Source of the DNA: Bacteroidales bacterium
GTDB taxonomy: Bacteria; Bacteroidota; Bacteroidia; Bacteroidales; UBA10428
Direction: 5' to 3'
NCBI GenBank assembly: GCA_016926375.1
Contig: JAFGOR010000031.1
Span: 4,131-68,130 of the forward strand
DNA length: 64,000 bases
The notes under the pieces were generated by a model. The model saw nothing but the letters and a program-made list of their open reading frames with translations. It made no database searches and was not told the DNA's origin. Shown here one piece after another: positions 37,228 to 46,346 of the stretch. A program made the position numbers and the translations under genes. The stretch's first letter is position 1, and each line of letters begins with the position of its first letter.

Positions 37228-37358
37228 TGCAATTGAATTAATAAATATTGAGATGATTGAATAGCAAAACTGAATAATTTTGAAAAAACCAAATTTAATA
37301 GAGAATATCGGAATAATAAATAGTTTCGCAAAAGTACCTGAAAATAACAAGCTGAATT

Positions 37359-37697
37359 ATGAAACAGAAAAATCGTGATGGCATTGTGTATTCCACTAAT
37401 CCTGATTTTAAATACCGTAAGGATGAAGTCGCAGACCAGGACACCCTGCCGGCAGATCGCCAGCTTCTTTACATCTGGCTCGAATCAAAAGGAAGAAAGG
37501 GCAAAACAGTTACGCTCGTAAAAGGTTTTGTGGGTAAAACAGATGATCTTGAGGCCCTCGCAGTGGAAATTAAGAAATCTTGCGGTACGGGAGGATCGGT
37601 AAAAGATCGGGAAATTGTCATTCAGGGAGATTTCAGGGATAAAATTGTACTTTTTTTGTCGAATAAGGGATATAAAACCAAAAAAGCCGGGAGATAA
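37359..37697 (+). CDS. SUI1/eIF1-family translation initiation factor (YciH-like)
   Basis: 112 aa. GRKGKTVTLVKGF...LAVEIKKSCGTGGSVKDREIVIQGD matches the SUI1 fold signature. Confidence 0.88.
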   Translation: MKQKNRDGIVYSTNPDFKYRKDEVADQDTLPADRQLLYIWLESKGRKGKTVTLVKGFVGKTDDLEALAVEIKKSCGTGGSVKDREIVIQGDFRDKIVLFLSNKGYKTKKAGR

Positions 37698-37709
37698 AGA
37701 AGTACATCC

Positions 37710-40085
37710 ATGATCATGCCTCCAGAAAAAAGTGATATAATTAATTGGCTATTAAATAATAAATATAAACTAATTGTATTTATACTATTATTAGTAGGTT
37801 ATATTCAACTAATAAATAAACCATTATTTAACGATCCTTATTCCACGGTCATTATGGACTGCGATGGCCGTTTGATGGGCGCCAGGGTTGCCAGTGACGG
37901 GCAGTGGCGGTTTCAGAGCAGGAATGAGATTCCTGAAAAGGTGAAATGGGCTACCCTTGTTTTTGAGGACAGGTATTTTTACCACCATCCCGGAGTGAAT
38001 CCGGTTTCAATAGCCAAAGCCGCATTCAGGAATCTGAAAGCCGGCAGTATTGTTAGCGGAGGCAGCACCATTACCATGCAAATTATCAGGTTGTCGCGAA
38101 AAGGAAAACCGCGCAATATATGGGAAAAAGCAATTGAAAGTATATTGGCTACCCGGCTGGAATTGGGTCTTTCAAAAGATGAGGTTTTGTCTTTGTACCT
38201 GGCCCATGCTCCCTATGGAGGCAATGTGGTAGGTGTAGAAGCAGCTTCCTGGCGGTATTTTGGCGTAGCCGGCAAAGATTTGTCGTGGGCGGAAGCGGCA
38301 ACCCTGGCCGTACTTCCCAACTCACCCTCCCTGATACATCCGGGGAGGAACCGGGAACTGCTTAACAAAAAGAGAAATTTGCTGTTGGCCCGTTTGTGTA
38401 AACTTCACTGGATTGACAGTACCACCCTGAGTTTGTCACTGGCAGAACCCATACCCGAACGGCCTTCGGTAATGCCCAGGCTGGCCCCACATTTACTCGA
38501 CAGGTGTTGCCGGGAACATCAGGGTGAGGTAGTGAACACCACCCTGTTGGCATCATTGCAGGAACAGGCATCAGGCATCATAGAACAGCATCATAATAAA
38601 TTAAGATATAATGAGATAAACAATATAGCGGCAATTATAATTGAAGTAGAGACAGGTAATATACTAACATATATTGGAAATACATCCGGTTTATCTGCCT
38701 CTTCTCATGGCAACGAAGTAGATGTGATTACTGCACCCAGAAGTACCGGGAGTCTGCTGAAGCCACTGTTGTACGCGGCCATGCTTGACGACGGGAAAAT
38801 ACTTCCCGCGAGTCTGGTTCCGGATATACCTGTTAATCTGGGCGGATTTTCTCCGCAAAATTTCAGTGGCCAGTTTGAAGGAGCCATACCTGCAAACAGG
38901 GCGCTGTCCAGGTCGTTGAATGTTCCGGCTGTTGACTTGCTCAAACAATTTGGAGTTCAACGCTTTCATCATCTTTTGCGTGATTTGGGTATGCAAACCA
39001 TCAACCATCCGGCAGACTATTATGGGTTGTCATTAATTTTAGGAGGAGCTGAAGGAACTCTTCAAGATATGAGCAACATCTATGCTTCGTTAACACGCGT
39101 ACTCAATCATTACGGTCAAAAGAAACTTTATTTCCAGGAAGACTACAGGCCGGCTGGTTATCTTCGCGCAAAGAAAGCTGAAAAAATAAGAGGTAGTGAA
39201 CAACACGGATATCTGAGTGCAGCAGCAATATGGTTTGCTTATCAGGCTATGATTGAGGTAAACCGGCCCGATGCAGAAGCGGGGTGGAACCGGTTTTTAT
39301 CAGCACGGAGGATTGCATGGAAAACAGGAACCAGTTTTGGCTACCGTGACGGTTGGGCAATAGGTACTTCTGCAGCTTATGTTGTGGGTGTATGGGCAGG
39401 CAATGCGGATGGAGAGGGAAGACCCGGACTCACCGGAATTGGTGCGGCTGCTCCAATTATGTTCGACCTGTTCAGCCTGCTTCCTGCAGCTGAAGGTTTT
39501 GTATCCCCAACGGATGAACTTGTAATAGCCAGCATATGTCAGACCAGTGGCTTTCTGGCGGGCGATAATTGTCCTTATCACAGGGAAGAGAAAGTTCCGG
39601 TATCATGTCTGAAATCCCCACTGTGCCCTTTTCATAAAGTAGTACACCTGACTGAAGACGGACAATATCGGGTGACGGGTAATTGTTACCCGGTAAGTAA
39701 AATGCAACATGTTTCCTGGTTTGTTTTGCCTCCTGTTCAGGAATGGTACTACAAAAAGCACCATACCGATTACAGGCAGCTGCCGCCTTATCACAGCAGT
39801 TGTCAGCCCGATAATCAGCGGTCAATGGACATGATATATCCCCGTGAAGAGGTTCAGATTTTCATACCCAGAACGCTTGACGGCAGTAAAGGAAGAGTTG
39901 TTTTTGAAGCCGTTCATACAAATCCGAATGCCTTCATTTATTGGCATCTCGACGATCAATTTGTAACAGTAACCAGGTATATACATCAGGTGGAACTGTT
40001 ACCCGAACCCGGCAGGCACAGGCTGGTGCTTGTTGATGGCAGAGGCGAGGAGTTGGTCAGGAGTTTCGAGGCGGTGGAGCCATGA
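37710..40085 (+). CDS. pbpC: penicillin-binding protein 1C (bifunctional glycosyltransferase/transpeptidase)
   Basis: 791 aa. N-terminal TM anchor, GT51 motifs (FEDRYFYHHPGVNP, GGSTITMQ), transpeptidase motifs SxxK (STGSLLKP), SxN (SRSLN) and KTGTS, and a C-terminal PBP1C-specific beta domain. Confidence 0.92.
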   Translation: MIMPPEKSDIINWLLNNKYKLIVFILLLVGYIQLINKPLFNDPYSTVIMDCDGRLMGARVASDGQWRFQSRNEIPEKVKWATLVFEDRYFYHHPGVNPVSIAKAAFRNLKAGSIVSGGSTITMQIIRLSRKGKPRNIWEKAIESILATRLELGLSKDEVLSLYLAHAPYGGNVVGVEAASWRYFGVAGKDLSWAEAATLAVLPNSPSLIHPGRNRELLNKKRNLLLARLCKLHWIDSTTLSLSLAEPIPERPSVMPRLAPHLLDRCCREHQGEVVNTTLLASLQEQASGIIEQHHNKLRYNEINNIAAIIIEVETGNILTYIGNTSGLSASSHGNEVDVITAPRSTGSLLKPLLYAAMLDDGKILPASLVPDIPVNLGGFSPQNFSGQFEGAIPANRALSRSLNVPAVDLLKQFGVQRFHHLLRDLGMQTINHPADYYGLSLILGGAEGTLQDMSNIYASLTRVLNHYGQKKLYFQEDYRPAGYLRAKKAEKIRGSEQHGYLSAAAIWFAYQAMIEVNRPDAEAGWNRFLSARRIAWKTGTSFGYRDGWAIGTSAAYVVGVWAGNADGEGRPGLTGIGAAAPIMFDLFSLLPAAEGFVSPTDELVIASICQTSGFLAGDNCPYHREEKVPVSCLKSPLCPFHKVVHLTEDGQYRVTGNCYPVSKMQHVSWFVLPPVQEWYYKKHHTDYRQLPPYHSSCQPDNQRSMDMIYPREEVQIFIPRTLDGSKGRVVFEAVHTNPNAFIYWHLDDQFVTVTRYIHQVELLPEPGRHRLVLVDGRGEELVRSFEAVEP

Positions 40086-40578
40086 TATACCTCCAGGGCA
40101 TGCTTTTCCAGGGCTCTCCGGCATAATCAATCCCGAACCTGGGTACACGGGTTATTTCGGGTTTCAGGTTCCGGTTCTCAACCCAGATCCTTTCCGATGT
40201 GGCCAGGTTTTCTCCGTAAAATGAGTGATCGATACGCAAGGCCCGGGTAATTTTTCCGGGACCTTCAAAACCTGTTATTCCCCTGATGAGTATGGCCTGA
40301 GGTTGGTCATTCTGACCGGTAACAAAATTAAGCATCCAGTGCATGCCATAAATCAGATATACGTATACAAGTCCGCCCTGATCAAACATTACTGCATTGC
40401 GGGCTGTTTTACCAAACCGGGCATGTGAAGCCTGATCTTCGATTCCAAGATAGACCTCTACTTCTGAAATTGTATGGGACGAAATTCTTTCTTTGTCTTT
40501 TCTTACCAATGCCTTACCTAACAAATCAGGTGCAACCGTTAACGCATCTCTGTAAAAAAAGCTTCTGTCCAGCCGCAT
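40057..40578 (-). CDS. DNA-3-methyladenine glycosylase (MPG/AAG family)
   Basis: ATG at 40578 (MRLDRSFFYRDALTVAPDLLGK...); a GTG at 40587 is an alternative start. Motifs SHARFGKTARNAVMF, GGLVYVYLIYGMHWMLN and IDYAGE..PWR. The 3' end overlaps the convergent pbpC by 29 nt. Confidence 0.88.
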   Translation of the reverse strand: MRLDRSFFYRDALTVAPDLLGKALVRKDKERISSHTISEVEVYLGIEDQASHARFGKTARNAVMFDQGGLVYVYLIYGMHWMLNFVTGQNDQPQAILIRGITGFEGPGKITRALRIDHSFYGENLATSERIWVENRNLKPEITRVPRFGIDYAGEPWKSMPWRYIMAPPPRNS

Positions 40579-40589
40579 AGGCAGCACAC

Positions 40590-41642
40590 TTAAATGATCA
40601 GCATGGCATCTCCATAGGTGCCAAAATGATATTTTTCCTTAATGGCCAACTTGTATGATTCAAAAAGCAGCTCGTATCCGGCAAAAGCAGAAACCATCAT
40701 GAGCAGCGTAGACAGCGGCAGATGAAAATTGGAAATCATTCGTGTGGGTACACTGAATTCATAGGGTGGAAAAATAAACTTGTTGGTCCATCCGTCATAG
40801 GGCTTCAAATGACCTGCTGTTGAAACGGAGCTTTCAAGTGTCCGCAGCACGGTAGTTCCAACGGCGCATACATGTTTATGCGCATCTTTTGCAGCGTTAA
40901 CCATATCGGCAGCTTCCTCACCAACAATGATACGCTCGGAATCCATCTTGTGCTTGGTCAGGTCTTCCACATCCACTGTTCTGAAATTTCCGAGGCCAAC
41001 GTGCAACGTAATTTCAGCAAAATGAGCACCTTTAATCTCAAGTCTTTTAAGCAATTCGCGGCTGAAATGAAGTCCGGCTGTAGGTGCAGCCACGGCACCT
41101 TCATGTTTGGCAAAGATGGTCTGATACCTGTCGCGATCTTCGGGTTGTACAGCCCTTTTAATAAACTTGGGTAAAGGAGTTTCGCCTAGTTTGAAAAGTG
41201 TTTTCTTAAATTCATCATAATCACCATCAAACAAAAACCTGAGTGTACGACCTCTTGAGGTCGTATTATCAATTACCTCAGCAACAAGTGTTTCGTCATC
41301 ATCACCAAAATACAGTTTATTGCCGATCCTGATTTTCCGGGCCGGATCAACCAGCACATCCCAGAGTCGTTGTTCCCTGTTGAGCTCCCGCAGCAGAAAT
41401 ACTTCAATTTCCGCACCTGTTTTTTCCTTGTTCCCGTAAAGCCGTGCAGGGAAAACCTTGGTATTGTTAACAACAAATACATCACCCTCATCGAAATAAT
41501 CAATGATGTCCCTGAAAATCTTATGCTGGATCTTTCCCGTGCTCCGGTCAACAACCATCAACTTGGATTCATCACGCTTGTCGGCCGGATATTTCGCAAT
41601 CAGGTCATCCGGTAAATTGTACTTATATTGTGAAAGTTTCAT
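40590..41642 (-). CDS. queA: S-adenosylmethionine:tRNA ribosyltransferase-isomerase
   Basis: 350 aa. [20 protein letters not shown]-terminus, [12 protein letters not shown] and [11 protein letters not shown] motifs. Confidence 0.96.
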   Translation of the reverse strand: MKLSQYKYNLPDDLIAKYPADKRDESKLMVVDRSTGKIQHKIFRDIIDYFDEGDVFVVNNTKVFPARLYGNKEKTGAEIEVFLLRELNREQRLWDVLVDPARKIRIGNKLYFGDDDETLVAEVIDNTTSRGRTLRFLFDGDYDEFKKTLFKLGETPLPKFIKRAVQPEDRDRYQTIFAKHEGAVAAPTAGLHFSRELLKRLEIKGAHFAEITLHVGLGNFRTVDVEDLTKHKMDSERIIVGEEAADMVNAAKDAHKHVCAVGTTVLRTLESSVSTAGHLKPYDGWTNKFIFPPYEFSVPTRMISNFHLPLSTLLMMVSAFAGYELLFESYKLAIKEKYHFGTYGDAMLII

Positions 41643-41704
41643 GTGTTTGTTAGTGAAGTCTATTTCGTCATAAACCTAGAAAATACGATTACTAGAAAAA
41701 AAGG

Positions 41705-42409
41705 TTACAAAAAAACAAAATTTCTTTCAAATTCTTCAATATTTAATGCATCCTTTAACAAAAAATTACCAATTGCTGTTCGGGTAAGGGCTGATAAATA
41801 GGCCCCCGATTTCAGGCTAACCCCAAGATCCCTTGCCAGGGCTCTGATATATGTTCCTTTGCTGCAGGTAACGCTGAATTCAACTACGGGAATCTGGCAG
41901 GAAATCAATGAAATATCATGTATGGTTATTTCCCTGGGCTGAAGTTCCATGGTTTCTCCTTTTCGGGCCAGTTTGTAAGCACGGGTTCCATTTACAAACC
42001 TTGCGGAGAAATCAGGAGGCATTTGCATTTGGGTGCCGACAAAGCTGGTGAGTTTTTCACGGACAAGAGTTTCATGGATATGATCGATTGGAAAAGTATG
42101 ATCTACCGAAGTCTCCAAATCGTATGACGGGGTGGTAGCTCCAAGCTGAATTTTAACCTGATACTTTTTATACTGTGCCTGATACTGTTCAATATTCCGG
42201 GTTTCTTTTCCTGTGCATACGATCAGTAAACCTGTAGCAAGCGGATCAAGGGTGCCGGCATGTCCCACCTTAATTTTTTTCAACTGGAGCTGGTGCTTGA
42301 GTATTGCCTTAACCTTGTTGACCAGGTCAAAGGAGGTCCAATATAGCGGTTTGTTGAATAACAGCACCTTGCCGTTAAGCATCTCATCAGCTAAGGTGAT
42401 TTTATCCAT
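41705..42409 (-). CDS. truB: tRNA pseudouridine(55) synthase
   Basis: 234 aa. Catalytic-Asp motif KVGHAGTLDPLATGLL, followed by the MQMPPDFSA motif. Confidence 0.95.
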   Translation of the reverse strand: MDKITLADEMLNGKVLLFNKPLYWTSFDLVNKVKAILKHQLQLKKIKVGHAGTLDPLATGLLIVCTGKETRNIEQYQAQYKKYQVKIQLGATTPSYDLETSVDHTFPIDHIHETLVREKLTSFVGTQMQMPPDFSARFVNGTRAYKLARKGETMELQPREITIHDISLISCQIPVVEFSVTCSKGTYIRALARDLGVSLKSGAYLSALTRTAIGNFLLKDALNIEEFERNFVFL

Positions 42410-42431
42410 CGATAGAAGTGAAAATGGTCAT

Positions 42432-42698
42432 TCAGACCTGTTGTGAGTCTTTGGGCTTTTTCATAATTGCCCAGATTTCAAAAGCAAAACCAAACAAAAC
42501 CACCAGAGGGGCAAGGGTTATCCTGCGAAAACTAAAGATTTCTTCACCATTAAATACAGTGGGATCATCAGATTTTCCGCCTATCATGAGCAAAAAGCCC
42601 ACAATGATGATCACGAATCCGATTACCAGTAGTTTGTAATTCTCTTTACCAAGTGCAAATCCGGGATTTGATTCTTTCACGTCTGGTTTTTTTGCCAT
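42432..42698 (-). CDS. small two-TM membrane protein (DUF3098-like)
   Basis: 88 aa with two hydrophobic segments (LLVIGFVIIIVGFLLMIGG and LAPLVVLFGFAFEIWAIM). It lies between ftsX and truB. My recollection, which I did not check, is that this is the usual DUF3098 position in Bacteroidota. Confidence 0.65.
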   Translation of the reverse strand: MAKKPDVKESNPGFALGKENYKLLVIGFVIIIVGFLLMIGGKSDDPTVFNGEEIFSFRRITLAPLVVLFGFAFEIWAIMKKPKDSQQV

Positions 42699-42708
42699 AG
42701 CGTTTAGG

Positions 42709-43584
42709 TTAAGTATATAAATTATCTGTTTTCATTCTAAGGTACTTATTTACCGAGAAGTATGTTGAAATCCAGGCGATTAACAATCCGGTAATCAGGA
42801 TGAGGCCGAAAACAATGCCCAGAATCTGCAGATCCTGGAAACTGAACAAACCTTCAAGTTGCTTTTCAATGATGTAAATAGCTGCAATAAGCAACACAAT
42901 TGCAAACAATGCTGCCACCAACCCCTGGGATACACCTCTGATCAGGAAAGGTCGCCTGATCAAACGGTGATGGGCGCCAACCAGCTGCATGGTGCGGATG
43001 ATAAATCGTTTGGAATATACGGTAAGCCGGATGGTATTGGAAATCAGGGTAACTGCTATGATGAACAACAGGATGCTGAGAATCAGAATCGACATGCTTA
43101 TCTTATTGATATTCAGGTTTACAGCATAAATCAGATCCTTCTGGTAGGAAATGTCAGCCACCTGGGGATAGGCTAACCAGTCTTTCTGCAATATAGCGAA
43201 GCTGTCGGGGTTGGCATATTCGGCGTGCAATTTGACATCAATTGAAGAGGGCAGTGGGTTATATCCCAGAAATTCAACAAAGTCTTCGCCCAATTCCTTT
43301 TGGTATTCTTCAGCAGCTTTTTCCCGGGTAATATACCGGGTTTCTTTCACACATTTCTTGGCATCGAGCATTTTCTGGAGGCTGAATATATCCACTTCAC
43401 GGGCATCGTCTTTCAGATATACCGAAATACCAATATTTTCCTTGACATAGTTGGAAAGTTTTCGTGCATTCAGTATTAAAATACCAGCAATACCAAGCAG
43501 GAAAAGAACCAGGGTAATACTCACCACGGAAGTAAAGTAGGATGTGGTTAACCGACGCCTTATGGTATTGTCTTTTACCTGCAT
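42709..43584 (-). CDS. ftsX: FtsX-like cell-division permease
   Basis: 291 aa. One N-terminal TM segment, a ~100-aa extracytoplasmic domain, and three C-terminal TM segments with RTMQLVGA in the FtsX-type loop. Confidence 0.85.
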   Translation of the reverse strand: MQVKDNTIRRRLTTSYFTSVVSITLVLFLLGIAGILILNARKLSNYVKENIGISVYLKDDAREVDIFSLQKMLDAKKCVKETRYITREKAAEEYQKELGEDFVEFLGYNPLPSSIDVKLHAEYANPDSFAILQKDWLAYPQVADISYQKDLIYAVNLNINKISMSILILSILLFIIAVTLISNTIRLTVYSKRFIIRTMQLVGAHHRLIRRPFLIRGVSQGLVAALFAIVLLIAAIYIIEKQLEGLFSFQDLQILGIVFGLILITGLLIAWISTYFSVNKYLRMKTDNLYT

Positions 43585-43623
43585 GAAAATTAATATATAA
43601 CGGAGTTTATATGAAGCAAAGCA

Positions 43624-44640
43624 TTAAATATAGTCTACCCATCCGTAAGGATCCGGCTCATCGCCGTTTTGTATGGCTATCAGTTTGTTATACAGCCTCG
43701 TGCATACAGGTCCTGGTTTTCCGTCTTTACAATATTCATAAATGAGGTTGGTATCAGGATCCACTATTTTGCGAATGGGAGTTAAAACCGCTGCCGTTCC
43801 GCATTCACCAACTTCCTCAAATGTCGACAACTCCTCAATAGGCACCTGCCTGCATTCCACGTTCAGGCCCATATCTTTTGCCAGTTGCTGGATACACATG
43901 TTGGTGATTGAAGGGAGAATGGAATTTGACTCGGGGGTGATGTAGGTATTGTTCTTAATGCCAAAGAAATTGGCAGGTCCGGCTTCATCAATGTATTTCT
44001 TTTCCTTGGGATCCAGATAAAGCGTGGTGGAAAAACCTTTGTTATGGGCAAGCTCCAATGAGGCAAGGCTCGCGGCATAATTGCCTCCAACTTTGAAACG
44101 GCCCGTTCCTAAAGGTGCTGCACGGTCATACCCCCGGCACACCATTACATCAATGGGTTTGAAGCCATCTTTAAAATACGGACCTACCGGGGTAACAAAA
44201 ACCATGAAAAGATATTCTTTTGCCGGTCTCACGCCTACCTCGGCACCCGAACCTATCAGAAGCGGCCTGATGTATAACGAAGCTCCAAAGCCATGAGGAG
44301 GTATAAATTTTTCATTCAGTTTTACTGCCGTGAAAACAGCCTTTTTAAAGAGCTCAACAGGAACAGGGGCCATTCTGATACCTTCTGCAGTGTCATGCAT
44401 TCGTTTGGCATTGGCTTCAGAACGGAAAACCCTGACCTTACCATCTTTACCCCTGAATGCCTTCAGTCCTTCAAATGCCTCTTGTCCGTAATGCAGGCTG
44501 GTAGCAGCCATATGCAGGTTGATGTATTCTGAAGATGTGATCTCAAGTTCGCCCCATTCACCATCACGATAATAACAACGTACATTGTAATCTGTCTTAA
44601 TGTAGCCAAAAGGCATGTTCTTCCAGTCGAAATTTTCCAT
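43624..44640 (-). CDS. ilvE: branched-chain amino acid aminotransferase
   Basis: 338 aa. Class IV aminotransferase pattern (YGQEAFEGLKAFRGKDGKVRVFR, KVGGNYAASL, ECGTAAV). Confidence 0.92.
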   Translation of the reverse strand: MENFDWKNMPFGYIKTDYNVRCYYRDGEWGELEITSSEYINLHMAATSLHYGQEAFEGLKAFRGKDGKVRVFRSEANAKRMHDTAEGIRMAPVPVELFKKAVFTAVKLNEKFIPPHGFGASLYIRPLLIGSGAEVGVRPAKEYLFMVFVTPVGPYFKDGFKPIDVMVCRGYDRAAPLGTGRFKVGGNYAASLASLELAHNKGFSTTLYLDPKEKKYIDEAGPANFFGIKNNTYITPESNSILPSITNMCIQQLAKDMGLNVECRQVPIEELSTFEEVGECGTAAVLTPIRKIVDPDTNLIYEYCKDGKPGPVCTRLYNKLIAIQNGDEPDPYGWVDYI

Positions 44641-44665
44641 AATGAAATTAATTCTGATTCAGCTT

Positions 44666-44673
44666 CAAAAATA
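44666..44673 (-). promoter_or_regulatory. candidate -7 promoter element (TATTTTTG on minus strand) for ilvE
   Basis: The plus strand reads CAAAAATA, which is TAnnTTTG on the minus strand. It ends 26 nt upstream of the ilvE ATG at 44640. Confidence 0.4.
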
Positions 44674-44793
44674 GGTATTTCGTATGGAACAACAAATTGC
44701 CTGATGTTATATTACCATAATTTTTATTGTTTTTTTACCTGATATTCAAAATAAAAAAATAATTTTATAGTTTTAAGAATAAAACCGGCATAC

Positions 44794-45630
44794 ATGGAAC
44801 ATGAGAAAAATTTGATTATGGTGACATGGGACTTTACCGAAAAGAACGTGTTTGCCATAGAACATGCTGTACAAATGTCATCCCTGGTTAAGGGTGAAAT
44901 TGCAGTAGTTCATATTGTCAAAAAAGATCAGGAAATTGATGAGGCCCAAAAGAAAATGGCTGAAGATGTCCGGAAAAAATTTCCCGATCCTTCGCTGAAG
45001 TTCTTATTTATCGTTCGGAGCGGATCAATTTTTCACACCATTGGCGAGCTTGCAACTGAGCTGAACGTCATCATGGTGGTTATGGGAACTCACGGCATGA
45101 CCGGTATGCAGAAATTTTTGGGAAGCTGGGCTCTTAAAGTGATTGCCAGTTCCAAGGCACCTTTTATCGTGGTTCAGGAATCACCCAAAAGTGAGGCCAT
45201 GAAAAATATTGTGATCCCTATTAATTATAAAAGGGAAACCAAGGAGTGTGTTTCCTGGACCAATTTCTTCTCCAAGAAATTTGGAACCAAATTCCACCTG
45301 TTCAGGGCTAAATATGCCGACAGTAATTTCAAAAAAGGCCTTGATTCGAACATGTTTTTTATTACCAAGTACTTCGCCAGCAAGGGTGTTCATTTCGAAG
45401 CGCATTTGGCCAACGGTGAAGAAGATTTCGGAAAAGAAACCATTCAGTATGCAAAAAGTATTGATGCGGATGCCATTATGCTGATGACAACACGCGACAT
45501 CGGATTTACCGATTATGTAATGGGCGCCCAGGAACAATACATCATAGCCAACAGTGAAAGAATCCCGGTGATATGCATTAATCCCAGGCCGGCTAAAAAT
45601 ATCGGTGGTTTCAGTGCCAGTGGTGGTTGA
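44794..45630 (+). CDS. tandem-domain universal stress protein
   Basis: 278 aa. Two UspA-like halves; the first carries the VVMGTHGMTGMQKFLGS ATP-binding-type motif. Confidence 0.85.
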   Translation: MEHEKNLIMVTWDFTEKNVFAIEHAVQMSSLVKGEIAVVHIVKKDQEIDEAQKKMAEDVRKKFPDPSLKFLFIVRSGSIFHTIGELATELNVIMVVMGTHGMTGMQKFLGSWALKVIASSKAPFIVVQESPKSEAMKNIVIPINYKRETKECVSWTNFFSKKFGTKFHLFRAKYADSNFKKGLDSNMFFITKYFASKGVHFEAHLANGEEDFGKETIQYAKSIDADAIMLMTTRDIGFTDYVMGAQEQYIIANSERIPVICINPRPAKNIGGFSASGG

Positions 45631-45662
45631 TAAAATGAACAGTCAGACATTTCAGATATTTC

Positions 45663-45695
45663 AAAAACAAGGGTAATTCCTTGTTTTTGTTTTTT
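45663..45695 (+). terminator. rho-independent terminator after the usp gene
   Basis: AAAAACAAGG / CCTTGTTTTT perfect 10-bp stem, 6-nt loop GTAATT, followed by GTTTTTT. Confidence 0.8.
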
Positions 45696-45727
45696 ATAAA
45701 AAAAGTACAACCGAACAACAGATTTAC

Positions 45728-46333
45728 ATGAATATTCAGAAGCCCCGACTGGTGTTTGCTACTCATAATAAGCATAAATTTGATGAGATCAGGCAGGTCA
45801 TCGGAAACAACATGAATTTGCTTAGCCTAACCGACATTGGGTTTTCAGGAGAGATACCTGAAGAAAAAGACTCGTTGGAAGGCAATGCTGCTCAAAAGGC
45901 GTTGCACATCTTTAACTTGTTTGGAGTGGATTGTTTTGCCGATGACACAGGTTTGGAAATAGAAGCATTGCACGGTGAGCCGGGTGTTTATTCAGCCAGG
46001 TACGCCGGACCCTCCTGCTCTTTTGAAGATAATATGAATCTGGTGCTTAATAAACTGAAAGGAGTAACCAACAGAAAAGCACGTTTTAGAACCGTGATTG
46101 TATTGGTCGAAAATGGAAAGATGTCTGTTTACAATGGAGAAATACAGGGAATCATTACTTCAGAAAAGCGGGGTGAAAAAGGATTCGGTTATGACCCGAT
46201 TTTTATTCCCGATGGTTTCGATACCACTTTTGCTCAAATGACACTGGAGGAAAAGAACCGCATTTCGCACAGGGCTATAGCAATTGCGGCATTTGCCCGC
46301 CATTTCATGGAAAGGAAAGTTCAACAAGGTTAA
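45728..46333 (+). CDS. rdgB: non-canonical purine NTP pyrophosphatase (RdgB/HAM1)
   Basis: 201 aa. LVFATHNKHKFDEI, DDTGLEIEALHGEPGVYSARYAG, GFGYDPIF and ISHRA motifs. Confidence 0.93.
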   Translation: MNIQKPRLVFATHNKHKFDEIRQVIGNNMNLLSLTDIGFSGEIPEEKDSLEGNAAQKALHIFNLFGVDCFADDTGLEIEALHGEPGVYSARYAGPSCSFEDNMNLVLNKLKGVTNRKARFRTVIVLVENGKMSVYNGEIQGIITSEKRGEKGFGYDPIFIPDGFDTTFAQMTLEEKNRISHRAIAIAAFARHFMERKVQQG

Positions 46334-46346
46334 TTATCCTGCTGCT

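Noticed and set aside
40057-40085. 29-nt convergent 3'-end overlap of pbpC and the MPG glycosylase gene, considered as a possible antisense regulatory arrangement.
   Set aside because: Short convergent overlaps are common in compact genomes. The MPG tail after the conserved PWR motif is unconserved-looking, and nothing else supports a function.
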